Shown: positions 17,131 to 30,668 of the stretch, in pieces | How positions within the stretch are numbered: position 1 is the first letter of the stretch | How the letters are laid out: each line of letters opens with the position of its first letter | Assembly: GCA_035637655.1 (NCBI GenBank) | Contig: DASPWT010000222.1 | Coordinates: 352-64,351, forward strand | Direction: 5' to 3' | DNA: 64,000 nucleotides | Source: Burkholderiales bacterium | Lineage (GTDB): Bacteria; Pseudomonadota; Gammaproteobacteria; Burkholderiales; SG8-39 | Made by a program: the position numbers and the translations under genes | Notes under the pieces: generated by a model | Told to the model about the DNA's origin: nothing | Database searches by the model: none | Seen by the model: the letters and a program-made list of their open reading frames with translations, nothing else

Positions 17131-17883
17131 ATGGGCGACAAGGGCGCCGTGCGCCTCAAGCGGATTCTTGCCAACCGCTCGAAGACGGACCTCGAGGAGG
17201 CAGTTCTCCTCATCGCCGGACAACTGGGCTTTCAGTACTTCATGTTCCGCGGCTGCCTTGCTCCATCGCGTGGTTCATCTCACGACTTCCGGTTCGATAA
17301 TTTTCCCGTTGGCTGGCGCCGGTATTGCGCCGATCGAGGCAAAGATCTCCTGCCCGGTACGCTGCGCCGTCTCGCCCTGCAGGAAGTCACCCCTTTGCAT
17401 TGGAAGAAAATCGCGGCTCGGCAGAGCAGGCCTTTCGCGAAGGCCGGCAAATTCGGGCTGGGGACCGGGGTTTCGTGTTCCGTGCACGGGCCGCACGGTC
17501 AGTGGAGCCTCACCAGCTTCGCTCTGGCACGCACCGGCTCCTCGGCGGAGCGCCATATCCTCGCGGTTCTTTCGGATTGTCAACTCGTGGCATGCGCCGT
17601 TCACTACACGGCGGCGCGCATCGCGCGGCGCGACCTCGATTCGCTTGAACCACCACTCCGGTTACAAAGGGCCAACGGCAAGATCTTGAGCGACCGCGAG
17701 CGCCAATGTTTGATCCAATCGGCACGCGGAAAGACAACTTTGGAGATCGGCCAGGCGCTGCAGATATCCGAACGCACCGTCGTGTTCCACCTCTCCAACG
17801 TGAGGCGCAAGCTGGGTGCCGCCAACTCGCGCCACGCCGTCGCGAAGGCCTTCTCACTCAAGTTGATCGCCGCGGGCCCTTAG
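17131..17883 (+). CDS. LuxR-family regulator (autoinducer-binding-like N-domain plus GerE HTH); no luxI nearby
   Basis: The C-terminus is 'LSDRERQCLIQSARGKTTLEIGQALQISERTVVFHLSNVRRKLGA'. The N-terminal part is 'FDNFPVGWRRYCADRG'. ATG 17131 is preceded by GGGAGAGGG. A GTG at 17086 is an alternative start. Confidence 0.75.
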   Translation: MGDKGAVRLKRILANRSKTDLEEAVLLIAGQLGFQYFMFRGCLAPSRGSSHDFRFDNFPVGWRRYCADRGKDLLPGTLRRLALQEVTPLHWKKIAARQSRPFAKAGKFGLGTGVSCSVHGPHGQWSLTSFALARTGSSAERHILAVLSDCQLVACAVHYTAARIARRDLDSLEPPLRLQRANGKILSDRERQCLIQSARGKTTLEIGQALQISERTVVFHLSNVRRKLGAANSRHAVAKAFSLKLIAAGP

Positions 17884-17892
17884 GCGGGTTGA

Positions 17893-18870
17893 TCAGGCGC
17901 GACCGGAACGTTTCGTCGCAATCGCGCCGGGATTCTCGAGCACCGCAATGATCTTATCGGCGTAGTCGCGCCAGCCTGGTTGTGCGCCCAGGTCGCGAAA
18001 CAGGCCGCCTTTCGAAAGCGCGGCGACCCAATCCTGCGTTTCGGCGCTTGCTGCTGACATCCAGGGATCAATCCCGGCTTCCCGCACGGTGTTTGCTGCT
18101 TCGCGCATTTCTTCCGCCCGGCGCTTGCCGTGCTTCGCCACCCGGCTGAAAAGGTAGGTGCCCTGCTTTTCCCAATCGATCTCCGGAAAAGTCTCCGCAA
18201 GCGAGGCGAGCAGCTGGTGCTCGACGCCGTGGCAGCGGGCGAGCGTGTAGCTTTCCACGATGATCGCTTCCAGCCCCTTGATGAACACGCTGCGGCACAG
18301 CTTCATTGCCGAGGCGACGCCGATTTCTTCCGAGACTACCGTCAGGTCGAACCCGAGCGGCACGAGCTTCTCGGCAAGCGCCCGGGCGCGCATGCCCCCC
18401 AGGAGCATCGGCACGTGAATTCCGTGAGGCGGAACAGAGGTCATCACGCCCGCCTCGACATAGTGCGCGCCAGCGCCGTCGATGAGCCTCGCCGCCTTTG
18501 CCTTGGTCATGGGAGAGGCGGAATTGAGGTCGAGGAAAAATGTGCCGGAGCGCACGGACTGGGCGGCTTCGCTTGCGACTTCGAGTGCTTTCGCCGCAGT
18601 GACCGCCGAGATGACAATGTCGGCGCAGGCAAGCAGTGCCGCAAGCGATGCACATGCTTCGACACGATCTTCCCTGGCGCGCCCCTTCATCGCGGCACCC
18701 TGCGAGGGATCGCGAAAAAGAACGTCCCAAGCGCCGACCCAGGGGAGTCCTTGATCCCGCAGGGCGCGGGCAAGGATCTTCCCGACCTCCCCGTAGCCCA
18801 CCAGGCCGATTTTCAGGTCCGAATCGACGGGTTCCACCCGCATGGAGCCGGCTCCGATCGACGTTGCCAA
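17893..18870 (-). CDS. NAD(P)-binding dehydrogenase-like protein (6PGD-type NAD-binding plus DUF1932-like C-domain)
   Basis: Rossmann 'KIGLVGYGEVGKILARAL' and C-terminal 'MKLCRSVFIKGLEAIIVESY'. The start could instead be the internal ATG at 18843. Confidence 0.6.
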   Translation of the reverse strand: MATSIGAGSMRVEPVDSDLKIGLVGYGEVGKILARALRDQGLPWVGAWDVLFRDPSQGAAMKGRAREDRVEACASLAALLACADIVISAVTAAKALEVASEAAQSVRSGTFFLDLNSASPMTKAKAARLIDGAGAHYVEAGVMTSVPPHGIHVPMLLGGMRARALAEKLVPLGFDLTVVSEEIGVASAMKLCRSVFIKGLEAIIVESYTLARCHGVEHQLLASLAETFPEIDWEKQGTYLFSRVAKHGKRRAEEMREAANTVREAGIDPWMSAASAETQDWVAALSKGGLFRDLGAQPGWRDYADKIIAVLENPGAIATKRSGRA

Positions 18871-18913
18871 GTACGCGGAAATCTAGCACAGACACCGCAA
18901 CGACCGCCACACG

Positions 18914-19804
18914 TCACCTCCGCGTGCCCGCCCAATAGAGCCGCGCCGGGTTATCCACAAGGATCCGTTTTCTGAGCTTCTCCTCCGGGACCACTTTCGC
19001 GAAGAGGTCGACCAGCTCGCCGTCGTTCGGCATGATCTTCACGTTGGGATGGGGAAAGTCGGTTCCCCACAGCACGCGCTCCGGCGCCGCCCCGAGCAGC
19101 GCCGCCGCGAACGGCATCGCGTCGTGAAACGGCTTTCCGGCAGCGGACACGCGCTCCGGCCCGCTTAGTTTCACCCAGGCAAGCTCGTTTTTCATCAGAT
19201 CGAGCAGCATGCGAAAGGGCTTCTGATCGATCCCGTGCTGCGCCTGAACGCGCCCCATGTGGTCGATAACGAACGGCACGCGCAGGCGACGGAACATTTC
19301 CGCGTGAGTCTCGATGTCTTCGGCGTCGAAATGCAGCACCACGTGCCAGGCGAGCGGCGCTATCATCGCGAGCGTGCGCTCGAACACGCGCAGATCGGGC
19401 GCGCCGCCCAGGTGCCGCACGAAATTGAAGCGCACACCGCGCACGCCGCCCGCGTGCAGCGCCTCGAGCCCGCGCTCGGTCGCCCCGTCCCCGACCATCG
19501 CCACGCCGCGCCAGGCGCCGCCCGGCTCGAACTTCCTGGACCAGGCGATCGCATCGAGCATTGCGCGATTGTCCGCGCCGTGGCAGCTCGCCTGGATCAG
19601 CACCGCGCGCGCAAGACCCAGGCGCTCGTGCAACGCGCGCAATTTCTCCTTCGGGGAGTCGGGCGGCGTGTAGCGGCGCTCGGGTGCGTAGGGGAACTTC
19701 GTGGCCGGGCCGAAGATGTGGCAATGGGCGTCGCAAGCGCCGGGAGGTGGTGCGTACTTCGGCTTGACCGGATTCGGATCGGGACCGGCGATCGCCTTGG
19801 TCAT
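18914..19804 (-). CDS. Amidohydrolase-2 family hydrolase (LigI-like lactonase family)
   Basis: 'ACDAHCHIFGP' (H-x-H) near the N-terminus and 'VLWGTDFPHPN' near the C-terminus. Confidence 0.7.
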   Translation of the reverse strand: MTKAIAGPDPNPVKPKYAPPPGACDAHCHIFGPATKFPYAPERRYTPPDSPKEKLRALHERLGLARAVLIQASCHGADNRAMLDAIAWSRKFEPGGAWRGVAMVGDGATERGLEALHAGGVRGVRFNFVRHLGGAPDLRVFERTLAMIAPLAWHVVLHFDAEDIETHAEMFRRLRVPFVIDHMGRVQAQHGIDQKPFRMLLDLMKNELAWVKLSGPERVSAAGKPFHDAMPFAAALLGAAPERVLWGTDFPHPNVKIMPNDGELVDLFAKVVPEEKLRKRILVDNPARLYWAGTRR

Positions 19805-19814
19805 CCGTGCCGCG

Positions 19815-20789
19815 TCACTGTTTTTCGATTCGGGCGCGTTCGATCACCGCGCGCCACTTGGCGATCTCCGCCGCAAGCAGCGCACCGAGTGCCTCGGGGG
19901 TTCCTGAGCGTGCGTCCACGCCGAGCTCCTGCAACCGATTGCGCACTTCGGGTGCGGCGACTGCGGCGTTAACCTCGCGGTTGAGCCGGTCGATCACAGG
20001 TTTGGGCGTTCTCGCAGGCGCTGCAACACCGTTCCACGAGGATGCCTGATAGCCGGGAACGCCGCTCTCGGCGACGGTCGGCACCTCCGACAAGCCGGGA
20101 AACCGCTTGGCCGAGGTCACGGCAAGCGGCTTCAGGGCCCCGCCCTTGATCTGCGCCATCACCGGCGCGAGGATCTCGAACGCGACCTGTACTTCGCCGC
20201 CCTTCAGCGCCAGGATGACTGCAGGTGTCGCCTTGAACGGCACGACCTGCGCGTCGATTCCAGACATCGACTTGAACAGTTCCGCTGCGAGGTTCTGCGT
20301 GCTCCCGATATTGATCGTGCCGATGTTGAACTTGTTGGGGTTTGCCCGGGCGGCCGCGATCAAGTCGCGGACAGAGCCGATATTGGAAATTGAATCCACG
20401 ACCAGCACCAGATCGAAGAATCCGACGGTTGAGATCGGCGCAAAATCGTTTACCGTGTCGTAGGGAAGCGACTTGAACAGCGAAGCGCTCACCGCGTTGC
20501 CGTTGGTGATGAAAAGCAGCGTATACCCATCGGGCTCGGATTTTGCGACGGCTTCCGAAGCGACGATGCCCCCGGCGCTCGGACGGTTTTCCACCAGCAC
20601 CTGCTGGCCGATGGTTTCACTCATCTTCTGTGCGAGCACCCGCGCCGTAATGTCGGCCACACCACCCGCGGCAAACGGCACCATGACTCTTATGGGACGC
20701 GTCGGATAGCCTTGCGCGGATACGGACGCCGCCGTACCCGCCAGCGCAACGGCGCAAATCAATGTCAAGGGAGAAACGATCGCTTTCAC
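19815..20789 (-). CDS. Bug/TctC-family tripartite tricarboxylate transporter substrate-binding protein
   Basis: Signal peptide VKAIVSPLTLICAVALAGTAASVSA|QG, then 'YPTRPIRVMVPFAAGGVADITARVLAQKM'. The GTG start at 20789 was chosen because the longer ORF would overlap tRNA-Pro. Confidence 0.8.
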   Translation of the reverse strand: MKAIVSPLTLICAVALAGTAASVSAQGYPTRPIRVMVPFAAGGVADITARVLAQKMSETIGQQVLVENRPSAGGIVASEAVAKSEPDGYTLLFITNGNAVSASLFKSLPYDTVNDFAPISTVGFFDLVLVVDSISNIGSVRDLIAAARANPNKFNIGTINIGSTQNLAAELFKSMSGIDAQVVPFKATPAVILALKGGEVQVAFEILAPVMAQIKGGALKPLAVTSAKRFPGLSEVPTVAESGVPGYQASSWNGVAAPARTPKPVIDRLNREVNAAVAAPEVRNRLQELGVDARSGTPEALGALLAAEIAKWRAVIERARIEKQ

Positions 20790-20815
20790 GCGCCGAAGAG
20801 GAGGTTGTTTCAAGT

Positions 20816-20892
20816 TGGTCGGGGCGGCGAGATTCGAACTCGCGACCACCTGCACCCCATGCAGGTACGCTACCAGGCTGCGCTACGCCCCG
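20816..20892 (-). tRNA. tRNA-Pro (anticodon GGG)
   Basis: The reverse complement folds as a cloverleaf: acceptor CGGGGCG/CGCCCCG, anticodon stem CCTGC/GCAGG with loop AT-GGG-GT, T-arm GCGAG-TTCGAAT-CTCGC, and an encoded CCA. Confidence 0.9.
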
Positions 20893-20937
20893 ACGCGTGA
20901 AAAGTATATCAGAGCGGGTGAGACAATTCGTCTCGTT

Positions 20938-21330
20938 TCAGCGCAACAGTTCGATGACGTTCTTCAGCTCCTGTTTCAGTACTGTAAGATTGACGCTCCG
21001 CGTCTCGTGGCCGCGCGGTGCAGAGACCGACGAAGCCACGGAGCGCGTTGAGGCCGCGCTCAGGTTTTCGTCGAGGCGGTTGCGCGCACCGCTGATGGTG
21101 AATCCCTGTTCGTAAAGGAGCTCGCGGATTCGGCGGATCAGCAGCACCTCGTGGTGCTGGTAGTAGCGACGGTTGCCGCGCCGCTTGACCGGGCGAAGCT
21201 GGGTGAATTCCTGTTCCCAGTAGCGCAGAACGTGCGGCTTGACCCCGCACAACTCGCTCACCTCCCCAATGGTGAAGTAGCGCTTCGCCGGGATCGGCGG
21301 CAGGCTATCCTTGGTCGCCTTGCTTTCCAT
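20938..21330 (-). CDS. MerR-family transcriptional regulator
   Basis: '[25 protein letters not shown]' is an HTH motif. The position downstream of ihfA is conserved in betaproteobacteria. Confidence 0.8.
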   Translation of the reverse strand: MESKATKDSLPPIPAKRYFTIGEVSELCGVKPHVLRYWEQEFTQLRPVKRRGNRRYYQHHEVLLIRRIRELLYEQGFTISGARNRLDENLSAASTRSVASSVSAPRGHETRSVNLTVLKQELKNVIELLR

Positions 21331-21613
21331 GGGTCTGCTCGACCAGCGCCTTCAACTTCTGGCTTGCGTGGAACGTGACCACGCGCCGCGCCGTGATGGG
21401 AATTTCTTCGCCGGTCTTGGGGTTGCGGCCCGGCCGCTGGGGTTTGTTGCGCAGCTGAAAGTTGCCGAACCCGGATAGCTTGACGCTCTCCCCGTTTTCG
21501 AGCGCCAGGCGGATCTCCTCGAAGAAGGTCTCCACCATGTCCTTCGCCTCGCGCTTGTTCAGCCCTACTTTCTCAAAAAGCATGTCCGCCAGCTCGGCTT
21601 TTGTAAGTGTCAT
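21305..21613 (-). CDS. ihfA: Integration host factor subunit alpha
   Basis: '[31 protein letters not shown]...[26 protein letters not shown]'. Confidence 0.9.
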   Translation of the reverse strand: MTLTKAELADMLFEKVGLNKREAKDMVETFFEEIRLALENGESVKLSGFGNFQLRNKPQRPGRNPKTGEEIPITARRVVTFHASQKLKALVEQTHGKQGDQG

Positions 21614-21655
21614 TTGTGCCCCCTTGGAGAGGAGAATCCCCCTCCACTTCATTAC

Positions 21656-25083
<3,428 letters not shown>

Positions 25084-25135
25084 CTACCTCGGCGCCGTGC
25101 GCCACCCTTCCTCGGGAAGGAGGGGATTTTCAGTA

Positions 25136-25495
25136 CTACGCGCCGAGTTTCGCTTTCGCCTGGCTCGCGAGCTGCGCGAAAGCGGCCTTGTCAACCACGG
25201 CCAGGTCGGCGAGCACCTTGCGATCGACCTCGATCGAAGCCTTCTTCAGGCCGTGCATGAAAGCCGAGTAGGTCATGCCGTGCTCGCGCACCGCCGCGTT
25301 GATGCGCGCGATCCAGAGGACGCGAAACTGTCGCTTGCGTTGCTTGCGGTCACGGTAGGCATACTGCCCCGCCTTCATCACCGCTTCTTTGGCAATGTTG
25401 AAAACGTTGCCGCGGCGACCGCGGAACCCTTTGGCCTGACGGAGGACCTTCTTGTGCTTGGCGTGCGCGGCTACGCCGCGCTTGACTCGTGGCAT
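25136..25495 (-). CDS. rplT: 50S ribosomal protein L20
   Basis: '[28 protein letters not shown]'. Confidence 0.95.
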   Translation of the reverse strand: MPRVKRGVAAHAKHKKVLRQAKGFRGRRGNVFNIAKEAVMKAGQYAYRDRKQRKRQFRVLWIARINAAVREHGMTYSAFMHGLKKASIEVDRKVLADLAVVDKAAFAQLASQAKAKLGA

Positions 25496-25507
25496 GGCGG
25501 CTCTCCC

Positions 25508-25705
25508 TTACGCGTACGGGAGCATCGCGCGGACATGCTGCCTGTCCGTAGCGTGCACTTCCGCGGTTCCGCGCAAATGGCGTTTGTTCTTGGTGGTTTT
25601 CTTGGTGAGGATGTGGCGCTTGAACGCCTGCGAGCGCTTGATACTGCCACCGGAGCGAATCTTGAAGCGCTTGGCGGCGCTGCGCTTGGTCTTCATTTTG
25701 GGCAT
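25508..25705 (-). CDS. rpmI: 50S ribosomal protein L35
   Basis: '[20 protein letters not shown]'. Confidence 0.95.
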   Translation of the reverse strand: MPKMKTKRSAAKRFKIRSGGSIKRSQAFKRHILTKKTTKNKRHLRGTAEVHATDRQHVRAMLPYA

Positions 25706-25795
25706 TACGTGACTCCTGTTTTGGCATGGCGACGGGTGGCTCCAACGGAGCGCTTTCCGACCTCGGCACCACTTCTTCTAAAACCTGCCGCAGCG

Positions 25796-26404
25796 CTAAG
25801 GCGAAACCTCAGGTTTCGGTTCTTTCTTGAGTTCTTTCTTGGGTTCCTTCTTGGCTTCCTTTTTTACCGGCTTCTTCATTTCTTTCTTGCCCTTCTTCGG
25901 GGCCAACACCATGATCAGCTGTCGCCCTTCCATCTTCGGATACTGCTCCACCACCGCGTGCGGCTCGAGATCCTGCTTCACCCGTTCGATCAACCGCACG
26001 CCAAATTCCTGATGCGCCATCTCCCGGCCGCGGTAGCGCAAAGTAACCTTGGTCTTGTCGCCTTCGTCGAGGAACTTGATCAAGTTGCGCAGCTTGATCT
26101 TGTAGTCGCCTTCGTCGGTTCCGGGACGGAACTTTACCTCTTTGACGTGGATCTGCTTCTGCTTGAGCTTGGCTTCGTGGGCCTTTTTCGCCTCGCGGTA
26201 CTTGAACTTGCCGTAGTCCATCAGCTTGCAGACCGGCGGCTTGGCAAGCGGGGCAATTTCGACCAGATCGACTTCGGCTTCCTCGGCCATTTTCAGGGCT
26301 TGGGCGATCGGCACGATGCCGACTTGCTCGCCGGCGGCTCCGATCAAGCGCACTTCGGGCGCATTGATCTCGGTGTTGATGCGCTGCGTTCTCTCCGTGG
26401 CGAT
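25796..26404 (-). CDS. infC: Translation initiation factor IF-3 (non-AUG ATC start; Lys-rich C-terminal tail)
   Basis: GGAGGA-agcaac-ATC at 26404 gives [27 protein letters not shown], the conserved IF-3 N-terminus. The track ORF starts at an internal GTG. The tail is [33 protein letters not shown]. Confidence 0.85.
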   Translation of the reverse strand: MATERTQRINTEINAPEVRLIGAAGEQVGIVPIAQALKMAEEAEVDLVEIAPLAKPPVCKLMDYGKFKYREAKKAHEAKLKQKQIHVKEVKFRPGTDEGDYKIKLRNLIKFLDEGDKTKVTLRYRGREMAHQEFGVRLIERVKQDLEPHAVVEQYPKMEGRQLIMVLAPKKGKKEMKKPVKKEAKKEPKKELKKEPKPEVSP

Positions 26405-26429
26405 GTTGCTTCCTCCAGAAAATTAAAAA

Positions 26430-28343
26430 TTAAGCCGTACTCCCCGCTTTGGCCTCGCTGCGGAGGCGGGCGATGAAGTCCGACAGGGACATCTGCCCGA
26501 GGTCTTCACCGCTGCGGGTACGCACGGCCACCTTTTCGGCTGCCTTCTCTTTTTCGCCGACGATCAGTTGGTAAGGCAGCTTCTGCAAGCTATGTTCCCG
26601 AATTTTATAGGTTATTTTCTCGTTCCTCAAGTCGGCTTCGCAACGGTAGCCAGCCTGCCTCAAGGCGGTCGCGACCCGCGTGGCGTAATCGGCCTGCCCC
26701 TCCGAAATATTGAGCACCATCACCTGCACCGGCGCAAGCCACGGCGGCATGGCGCCCGCGTAGTGCTCGATGAGAATCCCGATGAACCGCTCCATGGATC
26801 CGACGATGGCCCGGTGCAGCATGACCGGCACCTTGCGCGAATTGTCCTCGGCCGCGTACTCCGCACCGAGCAGTCCAGGCATGGAGAAATCGACCTGCAT
26901 GGTGCCGCACTGCCAAGAGCGACCGATGCTGTCTTTCAGATGGTATTCGATCTTGGGGCCGTAGAACGCGCCCTCTCCCGGGAGCACGTCGTAGCCGAGG
27001 CCGCTCGAATCCAGGGATGCCTGCAGCGCGCGTTCGGCTTTGTCCCAAAGCTCGTCGGCGCCGACCCTTTTCGGAGGGCGCGTCGCGAGTTTGTAGACGG
27101 CCTCGGTGAAGCCGAAGTCTGCGTAGACCTTTTGCAGCAATGTCGTAAACGCCGTGACCTCCGGCTGGATCTGCTCCTCGGTGCAAAATATGTGGCCGTC
27201 GTCCTGGGTGAAAGCGCGGACGCGCATGATGCCGTGCAGAGCGCCCGAGGGTTCGTTGCGCGTGCACACGCCGAACTCGCCGTAACGCAGCGGCAGCTCG
27301 CGGTAGCTGCGCAGGCCTCTATTGTAGATCAGCACGTGGCCGGGGCAGTTCATCGGCTTGATCGCGTAGTCATGCTTCTCCGACTCGGTGGTGAACATCA
27401 GCTCCTTGTAATTTTTCCAGTGGCCGGATTTCTCCCACAGGCTGCGGTCGAGGATCTGTGGGCAATGCACTTCGAGGTAGCCGTTGTCCCGGTAGACACG
27501 ACGCATGTACTGCTCGACCTGCTGCCAGATCACCCAGCCCTTCGGATGCCAGAACACCATGCCGGGCGCCTCTTCCTGCACGTGGAAAAGATCGAGTTGC
27601 GTACCCAGCCGCCGATGATCGCGTTTCTCTGCTTCCTCGAGCATGCGGAGGTACGCGTCCTGCTCTTCCTTTTTGGCCCAGGCCGTCCCGTAGATCCGCT
27701 GCAGCATCTCGTTCTTGGAATCTCCGCGCCAGTAGGCGCCGGCGACCTTCATCAGCTTGAACACTTTGAGCTTGCCGGTGGAGGGGACGTGCGGGCCGCG
27801 GCACAAATCGATGAAATCCCCTTCCCGGTACAGCGAGACCTCCTCGTTTGCGGGAATCGAGGCGACGATCTCCGCCTTGTAGTGCTCGCCGATGGACTTG
27901 AAGTATTGAACCGCCTTGTCGCGCGGCCAGACCTCTCGCTTCACCGGGAAGTCCTTTTTCGCCAGTTCCGCCATGCGCTTTTCGATGGCGTCGAGATCGT
28001 CCGGCGTGAACGGCCGCTTGAACGAAAAATCGTAGTAGAAGCCGTTTTCGACGACCGGCCCGATGGTCACTTGCGCCTCGGGGAACAGCTCCTTCACGGC
28101 GTAGGCGAGCAGGTGCGCAGTGGAGTGCCGCAGGATCTCGACGCCCTCCCGGTCGCGCTCGGTGATGATCGAAACTTCAGCGTCACGGTCGATTCGATGC
28201 GAAGTGTCGACGAGCTTGCCATCCACTTTGCCTGCGAGCGCGGCACGCGCCAGTCCTGGTCCGATCGCCTGGGCGACTTCGGCGACGGTGACCGGGCCGT
28301 CGAATGATTTGACGGCGCCATCTGGCAGACGAAACTTGGGCAT
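26430..28343 (-). CDS. thrS: Threonine--tRNA ligase
   Basis: 637 aa. It has a TGS-type N-terminus and class II core motifs ('FWHPKG', '[13 protein letters not shown]'). Confidence 0.95.
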   Translation of the reverse strand: MPKFRLPDGAVKSFDGPVTVAEVAQAIGPGLARAALAGKVDGKLVDTSHRIDRDAEVSIITERDREGVEILRHSTAHLLAYAVKELFPEAQVTIGPVVENGFYYDFSFKRPFTPDDLDAIEKRMAELAKKDFPVKREVWPRDKAVQYFKSIGEHYKAEIVASIPANEEVSLYREGDFIDLCRGPHVPSTGKLKVFKLMKVAGAYWRGDSKNEMLQRIYGTAWAKKEEQDAYLRMLEEAEKRDHRRLGTQLDLFHVQEEAPGMVFWHPKGWVIWQQVEQYMRRVYRDNGYLEVHCPQILDRSLWEKSGHWKNYKELMFTTESEKHDYAIKPMNCPGHVLIYNRGLRSYRELPLRYGEFGVCTRNEPSGALHGIMRVRAFTQDDGHIFCTEEQIQPEVTAFTTLLQKVYADFGFTEAVYKLATRPPKRVGADELWDKAERALQASLDSSGLGYDVLPGEGAFYGPKIEYHLKDSIGRSWQCGTMQVDFSMPGLLGAEYAAEDNSRKVPVMLHRAIVGSMERFIGILIEHYAGAMPPWLAPVQVMVLNISEGQADYATRVATALRQAGYRCEADLRNEKITYKIREHSLQKLPYQLIVGEKEKAAEKVAVRTRSGEDLGQMSLSDFIARLRSEAKAGSTA

Positions 28344-28409
28344 CGGCGTGTTTTCTAAATCCGTCCGCGCGTTGAACGGCGCATCGCGTCCGTTCCGACG
28401 CGCAGAGTT

Positions 28410-28438
28410 AAAACGGCAGCCATCGAGGCTGCCGTTTT
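28410..28438 (-). terminator. Stem-loop terminator after tRNA-Val (symmetric, potentially bidirectional)
   Basis: aaaacggcagc-catcgag-gctgccgtttt is an 11-bp perfect stem flanked by A and T runs. It lies 6 nt downstream of the tRNA-Val 3' end. Confidence 0.6.
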
Positions 28439-28444
28439 AACAGT

Positions 28445-28521
28445 TGGTAGGCGCGATTGGAATCGAACCAACGACCTCATCCATGTCAAGGATGCGCTCT
28501 AGCCAACTGAGCTACGCGCCT
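28445..28521 (-). tRNA. tRNA-Val (anticodon GAC)
   Basis: Reverse complement: acceptor AGGCGCG/CGCGCCT, anticodon stem CATCC/GGATG with loop TT-GAC-AT, T-arm GTTGG-TTCGATT-CCAAT, and an encoded CCA. Confidence 0.9.
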
Positions 28522-28587
28522 GAGAAGTGCCGGATTCTAGCCGAACGGTCCCACCCACACAAACCCATGAAGCAATCCGGATGAAAA

Positions 28588-28956
28588 TCAACCGCGCCAA
28601 CGCTTCGATCGCGAATCGTAGCCGTACGGCATGGACTTGAGGACCACGTTCGGACAGGAAAGCGCGTACTCACCGCCCGAAACAAGGTAGCCCATCGGCG
28701 CGCCGCCCGGGCATTTGCTCACCTCCGGGACGTACTCGGGTACGAGCTTGTCGAGAGCCTCCGGATAGGCGCCGCTGTCGCGCTTGTACGCCGAAAGCGC
28801 GGAGATCATCCGCACGCCGCGGGTTTCGACGGTCAGCATGTCTTTGTCGCTCCCGGTGTAGAGGTGGATCGCAACATACGCTGCCGCTAGAGCCACCACA
28901 ATCAGGACGAGCAGAACGATTTGGCTTACGCCCCTCTGACGATTTGCCGCGTTCAT
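28588..28956 (-). CDS. Small membrane-anchored hypothetical protein (pseudopilin-like 'YKRDSGAYPEALDKLVPEYV' segment)
   Basis: 122 aa from the ATG at 28956. It has one N-terminal TM helix (IVLLVLIVVALAAAYVAI). The longer 205-aa track ORF lacks coding character upstream. Confidence 0.45.
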   Translation of the reverse strand: MNAANRQRGVSQIVLLVLIVVALAAAYVAIHLYTGSDKDMLTVETRGVRMISALSAYKRDSGAYPEALDKLVPEYVPEVSKCPGGAPMGYLVSGGEYALSCPNVVLKSMPYGYDSRSKRWRG

Positions 28957-29000
28957 CCCCTGTCCTCCCGGGTCGATTGAAATCAACTGACCCGTGAATA

Positions 29001-30662
29001 CTACCGCAAGCCGAGCATCTCCGCCGCGTGCTTGCGCGTCGTCGCAGTGATCGCGACCCCGCCCAGCATGCGCGCGATTTCCTCGATGCGCGATTTCTGG
29101 TCGAGCACGGCGACCCGACTCCGCGCGCTGCCGCTTTCGGTGCCCTTTGCCACGGACCACTGCTCGCGGGCCTGGGCGGCCACCTGCGGAAGATGGGTGA
29201 CGCACAACACCTGACGCTCCTCACCCAAGGTCCTTAGCTTCTTGCCCACGACTTCGGCCACTGCTCCACCGATCCCCGCGTCGACTTCGTCGAAAATCAA
29301 CGTAGGCACCGCGGCAGCCCGGCTCGTGATCACCTGAATCGCGAGGCTGATACGGGACAATTCTCCTCCGGAAGCCACCTTGGCGAGGGGGCGCGGCTCG
29401 GTGCCCGGGTTAGTCGTCACCAGAAACTCGACCTGTTCGTTTCCCGCGACGCTGCCGTCAGGTAAAAGCGAGCGCAGCTCCACCTCGAACCGTCCGCCGG
29501 ACATGGCGAGTTCCTTCATTGCGGCGTTCACCTCGCGGCCGAGTTTCGTCGCGGCCCTAGTGCGCTCGGCCGAAAGCCGTGTCGCAAGCCCGTCGTAGCG
29601 TGAACGCGCAGCCTGCTCCTGCATGGCGAGGGCTTCGAGGTCCGCGGTAATTTCCAGCTCTTTCAGCCGTACCCGAAGCGAAGCCAGAAGCTCAGGCAGC
29701 GCCTCCGGCCGCGCACGAAACTTGCGCGCCGCATTGTGCACCGCTTCGAGACGCTGCTCGACCTCGTGGAGACGTTTCGGATCGAGCTCGATGCGATCGG
29801 CGTAATGTCTCAGTGCATAAGCGGCTTCGCGCAATTGCGCTTCCCCCGATTCGAGCACGGCAATAGTATCGCGCAGCAATCCATCGTATTCGGTGAGCGG
29901 GCGCAGCCGTGACAGTACTCCCGACAGCGCACCGAGCGCGGCGTTCTCCGACTCGGAAAGCAAGTCGGTCGCGTCCCGCACGCCCTCCATAAGGGTCGCT
30001 GCATGGGCAAGCCGGCCGTGCTCCGACTGGATCGTTTCCCATTCGCCGGGTGCAAGGGCAAGCCGCGACAGCTCTTCGAGCTGCCAGCTGAGCTGCTCCC
30101 GTTCCGCATCGCGTGCCGCCGTATTGTTCTCGTGGTCGAGTCTCGCGCGGCAAAGTCTTTGCCATTCGCGATGAGCGCCACCCGTTTCTTGTGCGAGCGC
30201 AGCGAGGCCGGCGTGTGCGTCGAGTACCAGGCGCTGGGCCTCGGGCCTGAGAAGCGACTGGTGCGCGTGCTGGCCGTGGATGTCGACGAGCCGCTCTCCC
30301 GCCTCACGCAACTGGCTGATGGTCGCAGCGTGGCCGTTGATGAATGCGCGCGAGCGCCCGTTTACGTCCACTACGCGGCGCAACAACAACCGGTTCGCAT
30401 CGCCCTCGAGCGCCTGCTCGCGCAGCCAATCCCCGATCCCGGGCAGCGAATCGATGGCGAATTCGGCGGTCACGTCCGCTCGTTCGGCCCCGGAGCGCAC
30501 CTGCTCGCTTCCCGTGCGATCGCCCAGGGCCAAAGACAATGCGTCGATCAAGATGGATTTGCCGGCACCGGTCTCACCGGTGAGAGCGGTAAAACCCGGC
30601 CGAAACTCGAGTTCCATACGATCGACGATCGCAAAGTCCCGAATGGATAGATGCAAAAGCAT
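29001..30662 (-). CDS. recN: DNA repair protein RecN
   Basis: 'LTGETGAGKSILIDAL' Walker A, long coiled coil, 'SGGELSRISLAIQV' and 'LIFDEVDAGIGG'. Confidence 0.93.
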   Translation of the reverse strand: MLLHLSIRDFAIVDRMELEFRPGFTALTGETGAGKSILIDALSLALGDRTGSEQVRSGAERADVTAEFAIDSLPGIGDWLREQALEGDANRLLLRRVVDVNGRSRAFINGHAATISQLREAGERLVDIHGQHAHQSLLRPEAQRLVLDAHAGLAALAQETGGAHREWQRLCRARLDHENNTAARDAEREQLSWQLEELSRLALAPGEWETIQSEHGRLAHAATLMEGVRDATDLLSESENAALGALSGVLSRLRPLTEYDGLLRDTIAVLESGEAQLREAAYALRHYADRIELDPKRLHEVEQRLEAVHNAARKFRARPEALPELLASLRVRLKELEITADLEALAMQEQAARSRYDGLATRLSAERTRAATKLGREVNAAMKELAMSGGRFEVELRSLLPDGSVAGNEQVEFLVTTNPGTEPRPLAKVASGGELSRISLAIQVITSRAAAVPTLIFDEVDAGIGGAVAEVVGKKLRTLGEERQVLCVTHLPQVAAQAREQWSVAKGTESGSARSRVAVLDQKSRIEEIARMLGGVAITATTRKHAAEMLGLR

Positions 30663-30668
30663 TCGCAG

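Noticed and set aside
20816-20892. tRNA-Pro (and tRNA-Val at 28445-28521) as possible genomic-island integration sites.
   Set aside because: There is no integrase, no direct repeat of the tRNA 3' end and no compositional break next to either tRNA. The flanking genes are conserved core genes.
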